A DNA stretch of 64,000 nucleotides from positions 1,821 through 65,820 of the forward strand of contig JACPHX010000020.1 in assembly GCA_016188425.1 (NCBI GenBank), in the 5' to 3' direction. This document shows positions 9,717 through 19,599 of the stretch, one piece after another (positions within the stretch are counted from its first letter, which is position 1; each line of letters opens with the position of its first letter). The notes under the pieces are model-generated. The model searched no databases. It saw only the letters and a list, made by a program, of their open reading frames with translations, and had not been told where the DNA came from. This DNA is from Candidatus Uhrbacteria bacterium. Its GTDB lineage: Bacteria > Patescibacteriota > Patescibacteriia > UBA9934 > GWF2-40-263. The translations under genes were made by a program, and so were the position numbers.

Positions 9717-10383
9717 CTATGAAACAGGACTGAGTCCGAGAATCGTGTAGGGGAATGTTGTTGAGTTGAGAAACATGACGAACTCGTCCGTCGCCGCATC
9801 AATATCATCGATGAAGCGGTTGTGCGTGATTTCTGACCGTCCACGTTTCCAAACATGTTCCTGAGGATTTTCCTCGGGTGCATATTTGGGAAAATGAATC
9901 ACTTCGATGTTGCCATCTTGCTTCACGAACTCCTGAACGACCGATCCTCGGTGCCAGCCAGCGTTGTCCCACAGAAGGACAATTTTTTGTTTTGGGTAGA
10001 TGGAACGAATTTGTTTGAGTGCGTCCGCCGTCACAACCATGTTTTGCTTGAGCGTTTTGATGGCATGTTCCTGTCCGGTCTTCAGATTGAGAAAGCCGTA
10101 GATTTGTATTCTTTGAATGCTTGAATTCGCCACGTCCACACGCACTGTCTCTCCTTGAGGCAGCCAGACTTTCTGCGTGGTCGTCTTGGTGGTGAGGATC
10201 ATCTCATCGGCAGCAAGGATGACGGTTCCTCGATCATCGAAATGCTTTTGAACCAATGGTCTTGTGGCCTTTCTCCATACCCGAACCTCTTTTTCGTTGT
10301 GCTCGTGGTATCGACGCTCTGGTTTGTGATAGCTGAAAGACGCTTTGCGAAACACAAGATACAGGGACGTTTTGGACTTGTAT
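9717..10383 (-). mobile_element. IS630-family transposase, 5'-truncated (DDE_3 domain)
   Basis: LAADEM, LLWDNAGWH, FPKYAPEENPQEHVW; N-terminal HTH missing; the frame stops at the junction with the RT remnant. Confidence 0.85.
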
Positions 10384-11215
10384 AAATGCTATTTCATAAT
10401 GTGATCACTATAAACGTCGTTACATCCACAAAGCGGCCGTACGCGACCGTGTCGTGCACCGCGCGATTCACCGAATACTGTACCCGTTCTTTGATCGACT
10501 GTTTATCTCAGACTCTTTCTCTTGCCGTGTCGGCAGGGGGACTCACAAGGCGCTCGATCGTTTTCATGAGTTTTCCTATCAAGCCAGCCGGAATCATCAC
10601 CGAACTTGCTGGGTGCTCAAATGCGATATCCGTCGATTTTTCGATTCGATCGATCACTCCGTACTACTGGATATCTTGAAGATGAGAATATCAGACTAAC
10701 GAATAGTCGATCTCCTGGCGACCATTATCGACAGCTACGAAATTACTCCAGGAAAAGGCCCCCCGCTTGGGAACCTTACAAGCCAGCTCTTTGCCAATGT
10801 CTATCTCAATGAACTCGACCAATTCATGAAGCACCGAATGAAGGCGCAAAAGTACATCCGTTACGCGGATGATTTTGTTATTTTTTCTGCGGAACGGGAT
10901 TATTTGCTTTGCATCTTGCCGCTCATCTCTGATTTTCTACGGAAGCGATTAATACTCGAATTGCATCCCAAGAAAGTATCGATAAACACGAGTGCCTCCG
11001 GCATCGATTTTCTGGGCTGGATCCATTTTCCCGACTATCGCATCCCCCGGCATGCCACCATACGCCGTATGTGGAAGCGCATCATCGACGATTTTTCCAA
11101 GGAAACCTTCGCCTCGTATCGGGGGCTTTTATCTCATGGAAATACCTTTGGCCTGCAAAATGATTTGTCTAATTTTACTTGGTTATTTCACGATACAAGG
11201 AAAAGTATTATTTGA
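10381..11215 (+). pseudogene. DGR-type reverse transcriptase, 5'-truncated with an in-frame stop (TAA 10697-10699)
   Basis: KRRYIHKAAVRDRVVH, SCRVGRGTHKA, LKCDIRRFFDSIDH, PLGNLTSQLFANVYLNELDQF, YIRYADDF, IDFLG. Confidence 0.85.
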
Positions 11216-11427
11216 AATTTTGTTGCCGCTGATTTGCTGTAGTACAGGTATTCATTTTTATTTGATATTGAGATTTTGACATTGGACACCCCCCTCTTTC
11301 CTTGACCTTTTCCCCCACCCATGTTGACAACCTTCGTATTTCCTGGCCTTTTCTCTTTATCAATCTGCCGTGCTTGTGCTAGCATGGGGCGGTAGTAACG
11401 TTTACTAATTTTTTCTTGTTTCCTGCT

Positions 11428-11709
11428 ATGGCCAAGATGACCAAAAGCCAGATGATGGCTACCCTCGCTGAAGAGTCGGGGCTCGCTAAGAAAGATGTCG
11501 TCATGCTCCTTGAGAAGATGACGAACATGGCCTATAAGCACGTGAAGTCCGATGGCGAGTTCACGCTCCCAGGCATCGGCAAGCTCGTCAAAAAGCACCG
11601 CGCCGCTCGTGCAGGCCGCAACCCGGCGACGGGTGCGACGATCCAGATCCCTGCCAAGACCGTCGTAAAGTTCCGCGTCGCGAAGGCCGCGAAGGAAGCG
11701 ATCCTTTAA
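11428..11709 (+). CDS. hup: HU family DNA-binding protein
   Basis: MTKSQ...LPGIGKL...RAARAGRNPATGATIQIPAKTVVKFR. Confidence 0.93.
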   Translation: MAKMTKSQMMATLAEESGLAKKDVVMLLEKMTNMAYKHVKSDGEFTLPGIGKLVKKHRAARAGRNPATGATIQIPAKTVVKFRVAKAAKEAIL

Positions 11710-11719
11710 GAGGAAGAAG

Positions 11720-11747
11720 AAACAGGCGCTGATCACGCCTGTTTTTT
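11720..11747 (+). terminator. Intrinsic terminator after HU
   Basis: aaacaggcg...cgcctgttttttt. Confidence 0.65.
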
Positions 11748-11754
11748 CATAATA

Positions 11755-11801
11755 TGCTAACCCCGAGCGTTAGCAGCCGCTGCCAACGCTCGGGGTTAGC
11801 A
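11755..11801. repeat. REP-like palindrome upstream of hflX
   Basis: tgctaaccccgagcgtt-agcagccgctgcc-aacgctcggggttagca. Confidence 0.7.
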
Positions 11802-11808
11802 CTCGCCT

Positions 11809-12912
11809 ATGGAACGAGCCATCCTCATCGATATCATTCCCCCGCGCATGCGGGTCCAAGACAGCCGCGATCGGCTGGATGAATTGGAGTCCTTGGTGCG
11901 CACGTATGGCGGGGTCGTGGTCGTGAAGACGCATCAGCGCCGCGCAACGCCCCATCCTCGGACGTTCATCGGGCCGGGGAAGATCGAGATGATCGCGCAG
12001 GAGGGGAAAGAGCTGAAGGCTACGATGCTCATCATCAACAACCAGCTCAAGCCTCGCCAGACGTACCTTATCGCCGAGGCGCTACGGCCGGCCGGCATCC
12101 GTGTCATGGACCGGGTCGACCTTATCCTCCACATTTTCCGCAAGCACGCCCAGACGGCCGAGGCGAGGTTGGAGATCGAATTGGCGGCGGTACGCCATAT
12201 GGGCCCGCGCATCTTCGGCATGGGCGCGGAGCTGTCTCGCCAAGGCGGGGGCATCGGAACGATGGGGATCGGGGAGACGAACACGGAGCGTATGAAACGC
12301 CACCTCAAGGAGCAGGAGCGGCAGATTCAGAAAGAGTTGGAGAAATACGAGCATGTCCGCGCGAACCATCAGAAGGGGCGCCGGCGTCGAGGATTGAGAA
12401 CAGTCGCGATCGTCGGGTACACGAACGCGGGGAAGACGACGTTACTGAACGCCCTGACTGGTCGGAAAGAATACGCCGCGGACAAACTGTTCGCGACGCT
12501 CGATACGCGCGTCGGGTCTTTGTATATCCCGTCGACGCACGAGACGCTTCTCGTCTCTGACACGATTGGCTTTATCAAAGACCTTCCACCGACATTGATC
12601 AACGCGTTCGCCTCGACCTTGTCGGAAACCGTGCAAGCGGATCTGCTTCTCCAAGTCGTCGACGCCGCGGATCCGCATCTTGCCGACCATCTCAGGGTTG
12701 TCGACGAGATCCTTGAGAAAATCGGCGCGTCTGGCATCCCAAGGTTCGTTGTCTTTAACAAGATGGACGCCGCGGGGAAACGGGTGAAGGCGAAGTTGCG
12801 GCGGCTCATTCCAACGGGAGCCGCCTCTGTGTTCGTGTCGGCAGAGAAGAAAGAAGGGATGGAGGGGTTGGTGGGAGAGATTGAGAGGAAGGTGAGGAGA
12901 GAAGCAAAATAA
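11809..12912 (+). CDS. hflX: GTPase HflX
   Basis: LSRQGGGIG, GYTNAGKTT, LFATLD, DTIGFI, NKMD. Confidence 0.95.
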   Translation: MERAILIDIIPPRMRVQDSRDRLDELESLVRTYGGVVVVKTHQRRATPHPRTFIGPGKIEMIAQEGKELKATMLIINNQLKPRQTYLIAEALRPAGIRVMDRVDLILHIFRKHAQTAEARLEIELAAVRHMGPRIFGMGAELSRQGGGIGTMGIGETNTERMKRHLKEQERQIQKELEKYEHVRANHQKGRRRRGLRTVAIVGYTNAGKTTLLNALTGRKEYAADKLFATLDTRVGSLYIPSTHETLLVSDTIGFIKDLPPTLINAFASTLSETVQADLLLQVVDAADPHLADHLRVVDEILEKIGASGIPRFVVFNKMDAAGKRVKAKLRRLIPTGAASVFVSAEKKEGMEGLVGEIERKVRREAK

Positions 12913-13007
12913 TAATCGTGAATATAGTCAATTATTTATGTATATTCACGATTATCTTGACAATAATCGTGAATATGGCTATGATATAGTAAATATTCAC
13001 GATTATT
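12912..13007 (+). promoter_or_regulatory. Promoter TTGACA-N17-TATGAT with two inverted pairs of ATAATCGTGAATAT operator-like sites
   Basis: Motif copies at 12912, 12941 (reverse), 12962 and 12993 (reverse); -35 at 12957, -10 at 12980. Confidence 0.75.
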
Positions 13008-13895
13008 ATGCCACGCCAAAAAACATTCTATACCAGGATCGAAGCTTTGCGGAAACGCCATTTTTTGGCTTTACCAGGCAAAGAATCGCTTATCAGCCTC
13101 CTCAACGAGGCGGAAGTCTCGGAGCAGGTTTATAACTCGAATGCCATTGAAAACAGCACGCTTTCGCTTGAGGAGACAGAGAAGATTCTTCTCCAGGTAG
13201 ACCTGGACCGATTCATCAATGAACGGGAAATCTTTGAGGCGAAGAACCTTGCACGGGTCATGGAATACATGACGGCAAAAGCAAAGGATAAGGACCTGGA
13301 TAAAGAGACAATCCTGCTTTTGCACAAGATGCTCATCTTGAATATCCGTGACGAGATCGCTGGGCGTTTCCGTCGTGGGAATGAGTGGGTACGTGTTGGG
13401 AGCTATGTCGCCTCAAACCCCGCCGACGTCGAGTCCCTTATTGACCGCATGTTGGCTGACTATCAGGGGAATGCGGACCAGCACATCGTGAAACGCATCG
13501 CTTCGCTTCACCTGACGTTCGAACACATCCATCCCTTCGTGGATGGTAACGGCCGCATCGGTCGTGTGATGAACAACTACGCGCTTGTCCGTGGCGGGTA
13601 TGTCCCGATTACCGTGCGGTATGCGGACCGGGAAAAGTACTACCAAGCGTTCAAGGATTTTGATGCGAAGAATGATACGACGGTCATGGAAGAAATCGTT
13701 GGCACGGCGCTGGTCGAGAGCTACCACAAACGGCTGGCGTACTTGGAGGGGAAGAGCATCGTGCCGCTCATCGAATATTCCAAACGAGAAAAAATTGCTC
13801 TCTCGAACCTACTCAACAAGGCGAAGCGGCAAACGATAGAGGCGTTCCGGGAAAAGGGGGTTTGGAAGATCGGGGTGGGGAAGGAAAAAGAATGA
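13008..13895 (+). CDS. Fic family protein with an N-terminal inhibitory motif
   Basis: HPFVDGNGRIGR catalytic motif; SNAIEN matches (S/T)xxxE(G/N). Confidence 0.92.
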   Translation: MPRQKTFYTRIEALRKRHFLALPGKESLISLLNEAEVSEQVYNSNAIENSTLSLEETEKILLQVDLDRFINEREIFEAKNLARVMEYMTAKAKDKDLDKETILLLHKMLILNIRDEIAGRFRRGNEWVRVGSYVASNPADVESLIDRMLADYQGNADQHIVKRIASLHLTFEHIHPFVDGNGRIGRVMNNYALVRGGYVPITVRYADREKYYQAFKDFDAKNDTTVMEEIVGTALVESYHKRLAYLEGKSIVPLIEYSKREKIALSNLLNKAKRQTIEAFREKGVWKIGVGKEKE

Positions 13896-13899
13896 GCGT

Positions 13900-14801
13900 A
13901 TGAAAAATGAACGCACAAGTCGGGTGTATGGCTCCGTGGCGGTATTTCTGTCGGCGCTCTTCTTTGGAAGCTACGGCGTATGGTCCCGCCTGATCGGCTC
14001 GGGAATGGGGAATTTTTTCCAAGGGTGGACACGTGCACTCATCATCATCGTTTTGATCCTTCCGTTTGTCCTCTTGCGACGGGAATTCGTCCGGATCGGG
14101 AAACAGGACCGCCCATGGCTGGCGGTGTTCCTTGTGTGCACATCGATGACTCAGGCGCCGCTGTTCTATGCGTACAACCACATGGACATCGGGACCGCCT
14201 CGTTGCTGTTTTTCGTGTCGATGTTCCTCACGATGAACTTCGTCGGCATCGGGTTCTTTCGAGAGAAGATGACCACAGCGAAAGTCGTGGCGATCGGCGG
14301 AGCCATCGTTGGCATGTGCCTCGTGTTCTCATTTTCCACGATTTCGTTTTCGCTTCTGGCGGCGCTCATGGCCCTGGCAAACGGCGTGGCCAGCGGAGGA
14401 GAGATCGCCTTTTCCAAGAAGCTTTCCTCGGGCTATTCACCCCTCTACCTTCACTCCTTAGTTGGATCGTGATCCTTTTTACGAATGCCCTCATTTCGTT
14501 GCTGCTTCATGAGGTGCAAATCCTCCCCAGCTTCTCTGCTGTATGGTTCTGGCAACTCTGTTATAGCGTCGTTTCGCTCTTTGGGTTCTGGCTCGTCATC
14601 GCCGGTTTGAAACGTGTCGATGCTACGATTGGGGCGCTTATCGGCTTGTTGGAGATCGTCTTCGGAGTGGCATTCGGTATCCTCTTTTTTAGAGAGGACC
14701 TGACAGCGAGTGTGGTTGTTGGAGGGTTGCTGATCGTGGGAGCGGCGTCGTTGCCGAATGTGTGGGAAATGATAAAGGAGAAGAGAGTGCTTGAAACATA
14801 A
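13900..14801 (+). pseudogene. EamA/DMT family transporter, frameshifted near 14455
   Basis: First half in the 13900 frame, second half (SWIVILF...GLLEIVFGVAFGILFFRE) in the 13980 frame. Confidence 0.7.
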
Positions 14802-14866
14802 AAAAGTTGTCTTTCAAGAACGTTGGTTCATTGACCTGGCTCGATTGAATGTTACTATCAGCATAT

Positions 14867-16060
14867 ATGCGTTTATTCTCCCTTCTCTCCCTTTTCTTTT
14901 TCCTCCCCTCCCTCGCCCAAGCCGCCACGGTTCCCATCGCGCAGCAGATGAAAGGATCCATCCTCCTCTCGGTCGAGCAGCATGGAGAAGCTTGGTATGT
15001 GTCACCCAAAGACGGGGAACGCACCTACCTTCAAGGACCTTTGGTCGCCTACCAGGTGTTGCGCCAGCAGGGAGTCGGCATTACCGATGCCGACTTGGCA
15101 CGCATCCCGCTCGCGGTGCCGCCGCTTGGGTCAGGTTCGGATGTTGATGGAGATGGGTTGGATATTGAATTTGAAAAAGCGGTCGGGCTTGATCCGATGG
15201 TCGCGGACACGGATGGGGACGGGGTGAACGACGGTGTCGAAATCGCCAAAGGGCTGGATCCGCTGCGAGCGAAGATGGCAGCGCCGTCTATTGCCTTTGC
15301 AATGAAGCACAAAGGGAAGATCTTTTTGCAGGTCCAGCATCGAGGAGAAGCGTGGTGGGTCAATCCCAAGGATTTCAAACGATATTATCTGGGGACGCCA
15401 GAGCTGACGTATGCGCTCCTTCGTTCGCAAGGGAAAGGGATCTCCCAGAAAGATTTGAATACGATCCCCGTAACAGGAAACCAAATCGATTGTCTGGGGT
15501 CGATGGATTGTTTCAAGGCGGCCGTCGACAACCGTCAGACAGCCGTGATGGATTACCAGGAATCAAGCCAGGAGAAAGGTGGGTTCGCCTACACGTTTGT
15601 CACATCATTATCTTTCTCGTCGGATGACGCGACCACGATGAGGTTATCGTCCGATGTGAAGGTTTACATCCCGGCGACCGAAGCGGAGATCCGGAAAAAT
15701 GGCGCGTACTCTGATGCGGAAGTAGCGGACACGCTCGCCCGTTTGCAAGCGAAGCGCGTCGTTGTCCTTGGGCGAGGCATGACCTGTACCACCAATCAGA
15801 CCGTGGTCGCACAGGCCATCCTCGACCACACGTATTTCACCCTCCCGCGAGCGATCCCCTATAACCTGCTGTCCTTTTGGTACACCAAGGATGCTGAGGG
15901 AAAAAATGTCGTACATGTATCTCCCGAAATCGACAAGACGAAAGTGAATACCGCCACCTGCCACCTCGTGGAAGATGGGAAGATTATTAAAAGCAAGACG
16001 TACGATGTGAATCGGGACATGGCGGAGTTTGAGGAACAGCAGAGATTATTGCAGCGATAG
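14867..16060 (+). CDS. Secreted/surface protein with two GEAW[YW]V repeats and Ca-binding DxDxDG motifs
   Basis: Signal peptide; GSILLSVEQHGEAWYVSP and GKIFLQVQHRGEAWWVNP; DTDGDGVNDG. Confidence 0.75.
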   Translation: MRLFSLLSLFFFLPSLAQAATVPIAQQMKGSILLSVEQHGEAWYVSPKDGERTYLQGPLVAYQVLRQQGVGITDADLARIPLAVPPLGSGSDVDGDGLDIEFEKAVGLDPMVADTDGDGVNDGVEIAKGLDPLRAKMAAPSIAFAMKHKGKIFLQVQHRGEAWWVNPKDFKRYYLGTPELTYALLRSQGKGISQKDLNTIPVTGNQIDCLGSMDCFKAAVDNRQTAVMDYQESSQEKGGFAYTFVTSLSFSSDDATTMRLSSDVKVYIPATEAEIRKNGAYSDAEVADTLARLQAKRVVVLGRGMTCTTNQTVVAQAILDHTYFTLPRAIPYNLLSFWYTKDAEGKNVVHVSPEIDKTKVNTATCHLVEDGKIIKSKTYDVNRDMAEFEEQQRLLQR

Positions 16061-16182
16061 AAAGTCGTCTGCATGCCTCTCACTTACGTGGCCGTCAGGA
16101 AGTTGAAGAAAGCGGAAAACAAGATTACTACGACCGGCAGACAGATTTCAGCCCGTTCCATTTTTAACAAGGCGATAGGATT

Positions 16183-16824
16183 GTGGGGAAGATTATCGAA
16201 AATAAACCAATCCTCTTCGTCGATTTCAACGGGGTTCTTTCCTATCGCAACTTCTGGTTCTCTTTAGAGGAAGTATCACATCCACTTTCTTCGCTCCTTG
16301 CCCCTATCCAAGAATTGGTCTTTTCCAAAAAGAAAGAACTCTGCAGTGATTGGATGCGGGGAATGTACACGAGTGAGCAGATCCATGAACGGATCGGAAT
16401 CGAACTTGGAATCGATGTAACGGCGCTCTGGGAACAGTTTGTCATTGATTGCAGAAATCTTGACGTTTCTTTATTGCTCTTGGACAAGATCCGACAGCTC
16501 AACGAAAAATACGTGTGTATTTTACGCACGGACAATATGGATACATTGGAACGGTTCACGATACCCGCACATCCTGAAATGAGGGATGCGTTCCATGAGA
16601 TCCACAACTCGTATGCCCTCGGCCAATTGAAGGGGGATGATGGCGGGAGGTATTTTTTGGACATGGTGAGGCGGTATCAGACTAATCTTACTTTTTGTGT
16701 GCTTGTCGATGATTCGGAAACGGTTTGTAGTCTATTTCGTTCGTTAGGAGGGAAAAGTTATTGCGTGACGGGAGAGGATCAGGTTTTTATTGTCTTTGAT
16801 CAATTGCATGGTAAAATTTTGTGA
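16183..16824 (+). CDS. HAD-superfamily hydrolase
   Basis: LFVDFNGVL (motif I), TDN, LVDDS (motif IV). Confidence 0.7.
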   Translation: MGKIIENKPILFVDFNGVLSYRNFWFSLEEVSHPLSSLLAPIQELVFSKKKELCSDWMRGMYTSEQIHERIGIELGIDVTALWEQFVIDCRNLDVSLLLLDKIRQLNEKYVCILRTDNMDTLERFTIPAHPEMRDAFHEIHNSYALGQLKGDDGGRYFLDMVRRYQTNLTFCVLVDDSETVCSLFRSLGGKSYCVTGEDQVFIVFDQLHGKIL

Positions 16825-16833
16825 ACATTTTTT

Positions 16834-17392
16834 ATGATTGAACGGAGAGAAGGGATGATTCCTGAACTGGGCGTCCAAGAAAGATTGAAAGCAGAATTGC
16901 TGGACGGCCGTCTCTCGGCGGCCGATTTTATTGCTAGTCTAATGAAGTTGGATCAGTCGACGCCTTCGAGGGATCAAGCGGAGGGAAACGTGAAGGTCCC
17001 GACAGATCCGTTGGTTTCAGAGGTCTTAGGACGAGATGAGGATGTTGCTTCTGATTTTAACAATTTGCTTTCCCTGTCTTTTTTCCATATTGGTCAAAAG
17101 AAACTTTTTTGAAAAAAACAGGGAAGCAAGGAGTGATTTTGAAAAGGCCTTGAAAGCGGCAGAAAAAGTGAATGATGGTGGATACGAAGAATGGGTATAT
17201 TACATTCGTGCGACAATGGCGTATTTGGACCAGAATGTTTCAGAACTTGAGCAGATGGTCGTGGGGATGGAACCAGGGTCAAATCGAAACATCGTTCTCC
17301 ATATGATCTTTGGACTGAAGACATTCGGGAATGTCGATTACGACCGGGATTACAGGAATACCGATCCTTCGTTAGACACTCCTTCATCCTGA
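16834..17392 (+). pseudogene. Hypothetical helical protein split by a frameshift at a T6-G-A7 run
   Basis: Overlapping ORFs 16834-17112 and 17036-17392 join near 17105-17118. Confidence 0.5.
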
Positions 17393-17432
17393 GATAAAAA
17401 AACACCGCCTTCCAGCGGTGTATTTTCAATGC

Positions 17433-17663
17433 TTACTTTCCCATCTTGGTCAGATCGTATTTCTTTCCCTCTGCCTGCCATTTTTTGAGTGTGCGCAGTC
17501 CCCGGGTCGAGATGACGACGGTTTCCGTGCGGCCGGTGGCGGGGTTCATGAGCTTGCGCTTCATGAGGTTTGGGTAGAGCTTGCGCAGCGTGTGGCGCTT
17601 GCTATGGCTCACGTTCATGCCCGTGGTGGTTGTTTTTCCTGTAACAATGCAGACTTTTCCCAT
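17433..17663 (-). CDS. rpmB: 50S ribosomal protein L28
   Basis: MGKVCIVTGK...NVSHSKRHTLRKLYPNL...ISTRGLRTL. Confidence 0.95.
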   Translation of the reverse strand: MGKVCIVTGKTTTTGMNVSHSKRHTLRKLYPNLMKRKLMNPATGRTETVVISTRGLRTLKKWQAEGKKYDLTKMGK

Positions 17664-17709
17664 AGGGGTAATATTCAGATCTTTTTGAGGTTGCTGGGAG
17701 TGTAGCGGA

Positions 17710-17813
17710 AGGGTGGGGGGAAGGCAAGGGCGGGGAGGGCCAGGGAGGGCTAGAAAAGGCCAGGAAGGACTGGAAGAGTCGGGAGAGGGGCAAGAGGACT
17801 AAGAAGGACTAGG
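17710..17813. repeat. Purine-rich 9-nt-period degenerate tandem repeat
   Basis: gggccaggga/gggctagaa/aaggccagg/aaggactgg...aagaggact/aagaaggact. Confidence 0.6.
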
Positions 17814-17817
17814 CGGA

Positions 17818-18375
17818 TTAAAACTCGTACACGTAAAGCGTACGGCCGAATTTGTCTTGATGTTGCAATGGAATAATGCGAACGGGTGTGCGGCCGTGTA
17901 TGGGAAAGTCACCGTCGACCACACGGGTGCCGGGGCGGAGGATGTTCTCAAATCTGGGGAGCAAGATTTGCATCGGTTTGGGGTAGAGGAAAGTGTAGAT
18001 CTGGGTTGCGTCAGAGAGATCCATCGTAAAGATGTTTTCTCGAAGGAAAGTCAAGTTTTTTGTTTTTACGTTCCGCGCGCGCCACCGCGCGAGCCAGACC
18101 GGCACATGGGCCTTATCAACGCCGATGCATCGGGCTCCTGGTTGTGCCTCGGCCGCGGCGCGCACCACCCGGCCGTCGCCGCATCCAAGATCGTAAAAGA
18201 CGGATCCCCCCTTGAGGTCGAGTGCCTTGAGGATTTCAGGGACAGCGCGTGGGTTTATGTTGATGAACGGGGCGCGGGTGATGACGATGGGGAGTATGCA
18301 ATAGAGGAGGAAGAGGAGTGTGGCGCAGAGGAGGAAGAGGATGAGGAGGTAAAAGAGGATCGCGAATGTCTCCAT
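17818..18375 (-). CDS. Class I SAM-dependent methyltransferase with an N-terminal TM helix
   Basis: APF, YDLGCGDGR, LRPGTRVV; ATG at 18375. Confidence 0.85.
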   Translation of the reverse strand: METFAILFYLLILFLLCATLLFLLYCILPIVITRAPFININPRAVPEILKALDLKGGSVFYDLGCGDGRVVRAAAEAQPGARCIGVDKAHVPVWLARWRARNVKTKNLTFLRENIFTMDLSDATQIYTFLYPKPMQILLPRFENILRPGTRVVDGDFPIHGRTPVRIIPLQHQDKFGRTLYVYEF

Positions 18376-18376
18376 A

Positions 18377-18919
18377 TCAAAGTCCCAACAGCCGCGCGGC
18401 CTTGAGGATCCCGACACAGCTCGCGCCGTGGGTGATGCGGCCGTCCATGACCATCTCGATGGCTTCTTTGAAGGGGACGGAGATGGTTGTGACAGGTTCG
18501 TTCTGGTCTGGAACATGGTCTGGGTCAAGGTGGATCCCTTTGGCAAGCATCAGGTGGTTTGGAGAGCGGATGACGGTCGTGAACGGGGTTACGGTTTCAA
18601 GGCCGATCCACTCGCTGGCGACCATGCCGGTTTCTTCTTTGAGCTCGCGCGCGGCGGCTTGTTCTATGGATTCACCAGGATCCAGTGCGCCGCTTATGAG
18701 CTCGATGCTTTCTTCCTCGATCGCGTATTTGTATTCGTAGGCAAGCAAGACTTCCATCTTTTTGTTTATCGCGACGACCGAAACGCCGGGGAGCATTTCT
18801 ACGACGCCGAAAATGCCTTGGGAGCCGTCTGGCCGGATTACGGCATCTTCACGGACATTGATCCAGGGATTCTTATATATGGGTGTTGAGGAGAGGATTT
18901 CGAATGGTCCTTTTTTCAT
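18377..18919 (-). CDS. NUDIX hydrolase (ADP-ribose pyrophosphatase-like)
   Basis: Nudix box GALDPGESIEQAAARELKEETG. Confidence 0.92.
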   Translation of the reverse strand: MKKGPFEILSSTPIYKNPWINVREDAVIRPDGSQGIFGVVEMLPGVSVVAINKKMEVLLAYEYKYAIEEESIELISGALDPGESIEQAAARELKEETGMVASEWIGLETVTPFTTVIRSPNHLMLAKGIHLDPDHVPDQNEPVTTISVPFKEAIEMVMDGRITHGASCVGILKAARLLGL

Positions 18920-19016
18920 ATGCGTCCATCATAGGAATCGAGAAAGGTTTTGTCTATGGAAACAGAACGGTCGTGTCAGGTCGATGTACGGTGTCGCTGT
19001 CTGCTATACTACCCCC

Positions 19017-19595
19017 AATCGGCAGGCACGCTGTCGACGTTCATTTTGCTGCCAGAGGGCCAGGGTTCCATTGTTTTTCTTCCCGTTTATTCCACGCCAA
19101 AGAGCACATGCGTTTCGACACGAGTGTGTCAGGCGGGGGTTTTACCTTGTAGGGGTGAACGGATTCGAACCTGTGGCCTCGTAGGACAGGCGTTCAGGGT
19201 CTGGCAGCCCATCGCTGGTATTGCATCGCGGACAAGTGCGAGGAGCACGAGTACGCGCGAGTGGGTCCGCTGTGAAACGCAACTACATCGTCGGGCGTTT
19301 CGCATGGTTCCTCGGACCGGTCCACCCACCCTGGTGTGATCCGGTTTTGTTGCCACGTTCCGTCCCCTTCCGCAGAGAGGGGAGACAGGCTCTGGGCGCA
19401 CGTCGTCACTTCTTCCTGAAGTGTGTGCGCGACAGAACGGACATTGTCTTCGACGAGGACGATGACCGGGCCCCGGAATCAGGGCAGGATGTCGTACCAG
19501 CACCATCGGAGTCGGGAACCGGTGCGAGCGTCATGCTCGCATCGATCGTTCCCGCTCCTGGCCACCTGGCCGCGGGCCCAACTGGGCCCTTTTTT
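19017..19595 (+). ncRNA. Putative large structured non-coding RNA (~580 nt), family unassigned
   Basis: Extended -10 TGcTATACT at 19002-19010; many G.U-containing helices; terminator at 19574-19595; no convincing ORF. Confidence 0.55.
19574..19595 (+). terminator. Intrinsic terminator
   Basis: gggccca-ac-tgggccc followed by T6. Confidence 0.7.
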
Positions 19596-19599
19596 AATT

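Noticed and set aside
10381-11215. Active DGR, retron or group II intron
   Set aside because: The RT is truncated and has an internal stop; no avd, TR/VR pair, msr-msd or intron domain V was recognised.
11796-11804. CIRCE upstream of hflX
   Set aside because: Only one half-site, produced by the end of the palindrome.
12912-13007. CRISPR-like repeats
   Set aside because: Only 14-15-bp units in alternating orientation over a promoter; no cas genes or spacer array seen in the window.
19149-19180. tRNA 3'-half-like sequence on the minus strand (GGTTCGAATCC)
   Set aside because: The T-stem is mismatched, and there is no 5' half or CCA; the bases are better explained by + strand helices of the putative ncRNA.
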